Assembly (NCBI GenBank): GCA_002731015.1
Contig: PBZM01000004.1
Coordinates: 2,246 to 46,684 of the forward strand
Source of the DNA: Gammaproteobacteria bacterium
GTDB lineage: Bacteria; Pseudomonadota; Gammaproteobacteria; Pseudomonadales; Litorivicinaceae
DNA length: 44,439 bases
Direction: 5' to 3'
Position numbers and translations under genes: made by a program. Below the pieces are notes generated by a model, which saw nothing but the letters and a program-made list of their open reading frames with translations, did not search any database and was not told where the DNA came from. Shown here piece by piece: positions 38,758-44,439 of this stretch. Every line of letters starts with the position of its first letter. The stretch's first letter is position 1.

Positions 38758-39336
38758 TCATCGATCACCATCAGCACCGGGGACGACCGGGATCATGTCC
38801 TCTTCAAGGTTAAGTGTAATGATCTTAGACGCTGCCAGACTGTAGCCGCTATCGGCTATCTCGAAGCTCTGAGTGCCGACAGACAGTCGGCCCCAGACGA
38901 TGATGGGCTGGTAGAGATCTCGTAATGGTGTCGGTGTAGTGGTCGTGTCTACAAGCAGTGTCTGATTCAGCGGTGGTGGTGGGACATGAATACACTGTCC
39001 CGCCTCCGGGACAAGCAAGAATTGTAAGACATTCTCCTCCCGCACCTCTATCGGGACCATGAAGCCCGCGATCTCGACAGATTTACCCTCAAGAAGAGGA
39101 TTGATCACCCTACCTGCTTCATCGAGTTGACTCTGGAAGGTGGGATTAAACAATAGCTCGAAGTAAAAATCTTTCGGCACAAAATCGTAGGCGCCGGGTG
39201 GAATCAAGCTGTCCCAAGCGGTTTCCCAGCGAACAAAGTCTTCCTCAGTAGCCTCATAGCCGGAGGCAACGGCGCAGACCACGGAGATTGCGTTGAAAAA
39301 AATGAGTGTGGCTAAAAGACCTACTATTCGTATCAA
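38758..39336 (-). CDS. DUF3299 family protein (ZrgD-like)
   Basis: I.GFMVP, FLLVP..GQCIHVPPPP.NQ; last gene of the zrg-type operon. Confidence 0.88.
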   Translation of the reverse strand: MIRIVGLLATLIFFNAISVVCAVASGYEATEEDFVRWETAWDSLIPPGAYDFVPKDFYFELLFNPTFQSQLDEAGRVINPLLEGKSVEIAGFMVPIEVREENVLQFLLVPEAGQCIHVPPPPLNQTLLVDTTTTPTPLRDLYQPIIVWGRLSVGTQSFEIADSGYSLAASKIITLNLEEDMIPVVPGADGDR

Positions 39337-40580
39337 TTAGCGAATCCCCTGTGCAATGAGCGTCTGTATACCATACCCGCGGGTATGAGGCTCGCTCCTA
39401 GCCCCGCTAGAACTATGATCATTAGCGTCACCAGCTCGTTGCCGGCTAACCACGTGAGTTGCACGCGAATACCTGCCCACTCGCCCAATAAGTCTGCGGC
39501 GCCGAGCGTCAGGATCCGGACTAAAATGACAGCAGACAGGATCGCAGTAAGACTAATCACAAATGTTTCTAGGAGGACGAGGCAGGCCAGCTTGGGCGGC
39601 GAGGCCCCGAGCGCGCGGAGTATTGTCATCTCACGCGTCCGGCCGTCTAGTCCCGTTATCATCATCGTTACCATTCCTATTATGCTGATGCCGATAATCA
39701 GCCAGTTGACGAGCTTGAACACCGAATCTACTGTGCCGACCATTGACCACAGTTGGGCAAGCGCAACACCGGGGATGACGGCACTGATGGCCTCCTCAGG
39801 GTAGTCGTTGATCTTCCGGATAAATTTAAATATGCCCAGCTTAGATTTCAGTCCGAGATAGACCGCGGTTACTGTTTCGGGATATAAACGATCTCTGGGT
39901 ATTGCGTCTATGTCGAGGCCCTTTAGGCTTATGGCCTTACTACCATTCCTCCATCCGAGATGAATCAATTCGTAGCCTTCTAGGCTTACGAAAACCGCTC
40001 GATCCGTTGGAGTACCCGTGGGTGCAAGAATCCCGGCGACATTAAACGAAAAGTCATCATGTAACTCACCGAGCATCTCAGAACCATGTGTCACAAAAAT
40101 TGTTGTCCCCAGGGTGTAACCTAGTGCCTCTGCTACACCACTGCCTAGGACAACCTCGTCAAGATCGCTGAATGCATTCCCCTGTGCAAACACCAGTGGT
40201 TTATCGCCGGCAAATTTGATGCGATCGAAGTATGCTTTAGTCGTCGAGATGACCCTGAAGCCACGATGGCTGTCTCCAAGCGCTACTGGTACTGACCACT
40301 CGACCATCGGATCGCTGGCGATGTCTGATACCGTTGCTGTTGTGATGTTGTTTGTTGGCTTCCCCAGATGGAACACGGTGTAGAGGACCAATTCCAGTCC
40401 GCTTCCTCTTGGTCCAAGTACTAGATCTACCCCGCTCAGGCTTTGGTTAAATCCGCTCTTTGTACCCTGTTGGATTCTGTCGAAGCTGAGAAGAAGTGCC
40501 ATAGAGGCTGAGAGAGCAACGACGACGAGACCAACCGGGATCAGCCTCGAGCGCATCGATGCTAGTGCTAGCCGAAACAT
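39333..40580 (-). CDS. FtsX/MacB-type ABC permease (ZrgC-like)
   Basis: SGVDLVLGPRGS..ELVLY.VFH.G, PVALGDSHRGFRV and R.REM.ILRALGA. ATG 40580 overlaps the upstream TAA. Confidence 0.88.
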   Translation of the reverse strand: MFRLALASMRSRLIPVGLVVVALSASMALLLSFDRIQQGTKSGFNQSLSGVDLVLGPRGSGLELVLYTVFHLGKPTNNITTATVSDIASDPMVEWSVPVALGDSHRGFRVISTTKAYFDRIKFAGDKPLVFAQGNAFSDLDEVVLGSGVAEALGYTLGTTIFVTHGSEMLGELHDDFSFNVAGILAPTGTPTDRAVFVSLEGYELIHLGWRNGSKAISLKGLDIDAIPRDRLYPETVTAVYLGLKSKLGIFKFIRKINDYPEEAISAVIPGVALAQLWSMVGTVDSVFKLVNWLIIGISIIGMVTMMITGLDGRTREMTILRALGASPPKLACLVLLETFVISLTAILSAVILVRILTLGAADLLGEWAGIRVQLTWLAGNELVTLMIIVLAGLGASLIPAGMVYRRSLHRGFAN

Positions 40581-41236
40581 TATTCTCGCCCGATCCTGAC
40601 CACCCGGTCGAACCATGGGATGATCTCGGGGTTATGACTGACAACGATAATAGCCTGAGCCGAGGCCTCGACTGAGCTGTTCAGTTCTGACATAAATTCC
40701 TTAGTTGCAGCAGGGTCCAGTGCTGAGGTCGGCTCGTCTGCAAGAATAAGCTCAGGGCTTCCGAGCAGCGCCCTGATGACTGCGACCCGCTGTTGTTGTC
40801 CTACACTGAGCTTGTTTGGTCTCTTCTCAAGAATATCGGGCATTAGGCCCAGCTGATGTCCTAGTGAGTAAGTTTGGTAGGTGACGTCATCTATCTTGGC
40901 CCGACGTGTTTTTGAGAACTCCAGTCCGAGGACCGCATTCTCAAAACCAGTTAAATAGGGAATGAGATTCAGCGATTGAAAAATGACTCCAATGTGATCC
41001 GCGCGAATTTTGTCGAGTCGGAGTGGGCTCAGATCATTATAAGAATGGCCGAGAAGCCGAATCGATCCAGATTGGATGGGCAGCACGCCGGAGAGCAAGT
41101 TTAAGAAAGTTGATTTCCCGCTACCAGATGCCCCCACTAGTGCAATTTTTTCGCCTGCAGCTACTTTGAGGTCTGGGAACTGGATTTTTTCACCAGACCC
41201 GTAGTCGTAACTCAGAGCGTTGGTCTCGACAATCAA
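40580..41236 (-). CDS. ABC ATP-binding protein (ZrgB-like)
   Basis: GASGSGKST, LSVGQQQRVA and LADEPTSALD. Confidence 0.9.
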   Translation of the reverse strand: MIVETNALSYDYGSGEKIQFPDLKVAAGEKIALVGASGSGKSTFLNLLSGVLPIQSGSIRLLGHSYNDLSPLRLDKIRADHIGVIFQSLNLIPYLTGFENAVLGLEFSKTRRAKIDDVTYQTYSLGHQLGLMPDILEKRPNKLSVGQQQRVAVIRALLGSPELILADEPTSALDPAATKEFMSELNSSVEASAQAIIVVSHNPEIIPWFDRVVRIGRE

Positions 41237-41829
41237 ATTGAGGTTAATACTCTTTCTCGTGTTAGCGAGTCTGATAATGACTGATCCCCGACCAAACCTT
41301 CAACCTGAATCATTGCAAGATCGTCAAATCGCTCGAAGGCCGGCCCGAAATCGAACGACGTAACCTTATCCGGATGCCCACAGGTTAGGTCAGCCTCAAT
41401 GACCACGTCCTTATGCCCCGAGTCTCCGCTAGTTTCTCTGTCTAAAACGACGTCCCTCACTGATTGGTCTATCTTTTTTTGAACACATTCAGCAGAGTCA
41501 GGTAGGCGCACGAATTCGAATATGCTGGCGATTTTTTTTAGATCTTCGGCTAGGTGGGCGTGATCCTTGTCACCCTTGTGTTCGTTGTGTTTGTGCTCAT
41601 CGTGCTTGTGTTCGTCGTGCTTGTGTTCGTCGTGCTTGTGTTCGTCGTGCTTGTGTTCGTCGTGCTCTCGAAGTTGTGCGATTGGGAACTCGTAGACAAC
41701 TTGTAGCGTTGCCCCTTCTAAAACTATCTTTACGTGGTTAAGACCGTGGACGTGTGCCCCAGCGTGCCGTTTTTCTGCGTGCACAAAGCCAGAGATTAAG
41801 ATAAGAGCCAAGGTCAAAGCGATCCGCAT
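41233..41829 (-). CDS. DUF2796/ZrgA-like periplasmic zinc-binding protein
   Basis: Signal peptide, AHVHG motif, His-rich insert, Cys pair and H.D motif; GGAG RBS. Confidence 0.85.
   Translation of the reverse strand: MRIALTLALILISGFVHAEKRHAGAHVHGLNHVKIVLEGATLQVVYEFPIAQLREHDEHKHDEHKHDEHKHDEHKHDEHKHNEHKGDKDHAHLAEDLKKIASIFEFVRLPDSAECVQKKIDQSVRDVVLDRETSGDSGHKDVVIEADLTCGHPDKVTSFDFGPAFERFDDLAMIQVEGLVGDQSLSDSLTRERVLTSI
41575..41664 (-). repeat. 15-bp coding tandem repeat (HDEHK)x5 + HNEHK
   Basis: Four perfect CTTGTGTTCGTCGTG units (41605-41664) and two diverged units. Confidence 0.95.
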
Positions 41830-41851
41830 GGATTACTCCTAACGACTTGTG

Positions 41852-41887
41852 AAAACGTAATAATATTGCAACACAAACCCGCGTCAA
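41852..41887 (-). promoter_or_regulatory. Zur box overlapping the sigma70 promoter of the zrg-type operon
   Basis: AAACGTAATAATATTGCAACA resembles the proteobacterial Zur palindrome (AAATGTTATAnTATAACATTT). It overlaps the -10 of a minus-strand TTGACG-16 bp-TATTAT promoter. Confidence 0.72.
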
Positions 41888-42246
41888 GGTCTTGTTTCAT
41901 AACTTTTTTGGCGACACGATCTACACTTTTCAGGCCGAGATGTAATCTATTTATTACAATGTTGCGAACGCGGCAAGTTGAATAAAAAAATTGTCTCGCC
42001 CATCAGAATGCCAATTTGTGGTTGCCTTTTCCGTGGGATAAATCAATACCTTAAAATAAGGGTCATCACTTCCCTTACTTTCCTCATATCTGCCGACCAA
42101 TGCGTTACCGCCCCAAATTAAAATCGGTAAAAATCTGGCCTCACGAATCTGTGGCCCAGCGAAATAGGAAATTTTTTGTCCTCCAAAAGAGTAGCTTGAT
42201 CCAAATGAGTCACAAATACCTCCCGAGGCGAGACGGCACAATCGAC

Positions 42247-43965
42247 TCATGCAACCAGCCAAGCTGGAGGCTCGTGCGCCGCGAAACCCGAAATCGCTGC
42301 GTCCACACAGTCCCTTAACGACCCCAGTCTAGAGTGTCTGTTGCTTAAACCGTAGGCGTAGTGGGCGTACTTACCGGAGTTGGTCATTAGACCTTTCGCC
42401 TCTGGCGGGAATATAGGCTCAACAATTGAGCACCAGCAGAGGTCGGGCATTATCTGTACTCCCGCATCTTCCAATTTTTTGGCAATTCCTTCAGCCTCTG
42501 CACGTTGAATCGTGTGGCGAGCAGCAGTAATTTTCATTTGAGTCTGGACGTGGCGTCGTCTGTCAGCAAAAAGAGCGCTTATCTTTCTTATTTCTTCGAT
42601 CGATGCGTGTGGGCTTCCAACAGCGACTAAATCTATTTTTTCGAGTCCACGGTTAAGCTCGAACCAAGCATCCTTTAGGTTTTCAGGATTGATCAGGTAT
42701 ATCGGAAGTCGTTCAGCATTCTGGGTAGATGATTCAGGTGTTTGGCCGAGAATATGTAGCATTGGTGCACCGGAAGTTGTTCCGAAAGCAGCGCATAGAG
42801 ATTTTAAATCATCGATTGTTGGTGACAGACTTTCTAGCCCGGTAATCAAGGGGACTGAATCAGGCGACAATTTACCAGCGAGCCAACCAATTAGCGGCCA
42901 CAAGACCTCATCATCAGATGACCACTTCTGAGGAATCGTTACCTCGATTTTTACTCGAGCTTTTCTGCCAAGCGTTGAATACATTCCAACGGACGGTGCC
43001 CGTCCCGTTATCGCTATAAATAGATCGAGATAGTCAGGATGTTTTTGGGTTCGCGCACCGAGAACGGTATTCGCGAAAATCACTGCGTTTGATTCCGACC
43101 AACCTATGTTTTCCCCGAGTTGAGGTTTGTCAGCCAGAAGATATGGTGCACAGGTAAATGTCGGTTTGACCCCCATCTCAATGTATGCATCGGCCAAACG
43201 GCTTGCGCGTTTACCGAAGTCCTCATCGAGCCCCGAGTTCTGCCAATTCTCACGATCGACCGAGATGGCATTAATTGTTGTTGGTATGATCACTTTAGCG
43301 CCGAGCTCAGCCATTCTCTCAGCAAAAATGAGATTAGCGTCGTGTGCCAAGATACAGCCATCGATGTGACCTCTATCCACATCGATCAAACTCGATGCGT
43401 TTTCGACGGCTGCCATCACGCAAATCGTTTCCATCGCAGCTTTTGCGACATCACCATGGTCGCCCTTCAAATAGGCGTGATCGTTTTCAGATAAGACGAG
43501 TAGATCTTTTGATATTAGGTCTAGGCCGATAGTTTGGTTAGCTAGAACGAGCTGATGATCGTGAAGTTCAACTAACTTTTCTCTCGCGACAGCATAATAG
43601 TTTTGCCGAGAAAGACAGATTATAGGAACCGGGACCCCAAATATCCGGTCGCATACGATTGACCCCAAAGTCAATACTTGTTCTAGCTCGTTAAAAATAA
43701 TCATCGCAGGAGCACGCTCATTGAGGGCCAACTGCAGTAAAACACCGCTCCCACTGCATGAGCCTCTGGATGTTGGCATTAATAAACATTTGCCGGATAC
43801 AGAATCTCCGTGGTTGGGGTGGTGTGCGTCGATAATTGCCCCAGTGTGTGGATCGACGCCTCCCCAGAAACTCAATCCTTCTTCACAGACTAGAACTTTA
43901 CCGCTGGCGGATCCTTCCACAATCAATTGATTTTTTTCGATCGAACCGTCGTGTTTATTTCTCAT
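42247..43965 (-). CDS. lhpI: Aconitase X, fused type (cis-3-hydroxy-L-proline dehydratase-like)
   Basis: N-terminal swivel domain (LSFWGGVDP.TG.IID.HHP, RGSCSGS) fused to the catalytic domain (HIDGC, PTFTCAPY, WSESNAV.FAN, GSPH.S, DLCWC, TNSGKYAHY). Confidence 0.88.
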   Translation of the reverse strand: MRNKHDGSIEKNQLIVEGSASGKVLVCEEGLSFWGGVDPHTGAIIDAHHPNHGDSVSGKCLLMPTSRGSCSGSGVLLQLALNERAPAMIIFNELEQVLTLGSIVCDRIFGVPVPIICLSRQNYYAVAREKLVELHDHQLVLANQTIGLDLISKDLLVLSENDHAYLKGDHGDVAKAAMETICVMAAVENASSLIDVDRGHIDGCILAHDANLIFAERMAELGAKVIIPTTINAISVDRENWQNSGLDEDFGKRASRLADAYIEMGVKPTFTCAPYLLADKPQLGENIGWSESNAVIFANTVLGARTQKHPDYLDLFIAITGRAPSVGMYSTLGRKARVKIEVTIPQKWSSDDEVLWPLIGWLAGKLSPDSVPLITGLESLSPTIDDLKSLCAAFGTTSGAPMLHILGQTPESSTQNAERLPIYLINPENLKDAWFELNRGLEKIDLVAVGSPHASIEEIRKISALFADRRRHVQTQMKITAARHTIQRAEAEGIAKKLEDAGVQIMPDLCWCSIVEPIFPPEAKGLMTNSGKYAHYAYGLSNRHSRLGSLRDCVDAAISGFAAHEPPAWLVA

Positions 43966-44041
43966 GCATGTCGAGCCCTGTATGAAAAGTTCCTCTTTAT
44001 GTGAATCACCTAGGTAAGGTGGGAAATGAAGCTAAAGGCGA

Positions 44042-44439
44042 TTACTCAGCTCCTAAGATGTGACCCCTAGTCGTCCCACCGCCAATTCTGCATTACTTGA
44101 AAGGCAGGCGTCGAGAATCGCTACATGCTCTTGTTTAGCTATATCTATACCATCAATTACTACCAGTTGGCTTCTGATGGAACGATTTAATCTGTACATA
44201 GCGTTGTCAGCGACTTCTTTGGTGGGAGTTCCGTCACTATCAGCATAGAGCGTGCGATGAGAAAATCAATTGAGGCCACCCCGTGCAGAAGGATCGTTCG
44301 ATTCAGAGAAATCATTGCACTGAAAGGCGGCCAGCTTTTTTGTTGAGTCGTTAATCTGCGGACCCGAGTCCGTCAAGGCATCACGTGTCAGCAAACCCCT
44401 GAGATTGAAGATTTCGGAGGCTTCATCGGCTGATAGCAC
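44042..44439 (-). pseudogene. Disrupted GntR-family regulator (FCD domain); 5' part lies beyond the right edge
   Basis: Manual translation: VLSADEASEIFNLRGLL...GGLN*FSHRTLYA...SIRSQLVVIDGIDIAKQEHVAILDACLSSNAELAV. There is an in-frame TGA at 44266-44268, and the conserved TRGHILGA tail lies in another frame. Confidence 0.72.

Noticed and set aside
41575-41664. Repeat array as a possible CRISPR
   Set aside because: The units are contiguous 15-mers with no spacers, they are in frame within a CDS, and there are no cas genes.
44266-44268. TGA as selenocysteine or recoded Trp
   Set aside because: TGA is used as a normal stop throughout the window, and a second lesion (frameshift) points to a pseudogene.

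Overview
Gene-dense chromosomal window from a bacterium that looks like a marine gammaproteobacterium (inferred from gene content: sigma32-type groES promoter, fxsA-groESL, minCDE-sbcB, yaaA, yqcC, Zur box). From left to right it holds: the 5' end of a Tat-exported TRAP solute-binding gene; a 2-hydroxyacid dehydrogenase; a GntR/PdhR-aceE-aceF operon without lpdA; SDR-ampG-pduO; fxsA-groES-groEL; a NiSOD operon (sodN-sodX) convergent with an Fe-SOD-family gene; a coiled-coil membrane protein; yqcC; initiator tRNA-Met; minCDE-sbcB; yaaA-hypothetical-M16 peptidase; a circularly permuted ATP-grasp/alpha-E pair; a purine uptake and catabolism cluster (BMP-type ABC transporter, xdhABC, guaD) interrupted by an orphan NitT/TauT ABC pair; a TPR protein; a Zur-controlled zrg-type zinc operon; aconitase X; and a disrupted GntR regulator at the right edge. 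No CRISPR array, IS element or prophage was seen. The most striking observation is the Fe-SOD homolog next to sodN-sodX. It keeps all four metal ligands, but its catalytic second sphere is rewritten (equivalents of Y34H, Q69E, N140G and A141T), which suggests an inactive or repurposed SOD-fold protein paired with NiSOD. Also notable are structured leaders before groES and sodN, an unannotated 32-aa membrane peptide, tandem PdhR-type operators, a His-rich VNTR, and the pseudogenised GntR. All alignments were done by eye; no searches were run.
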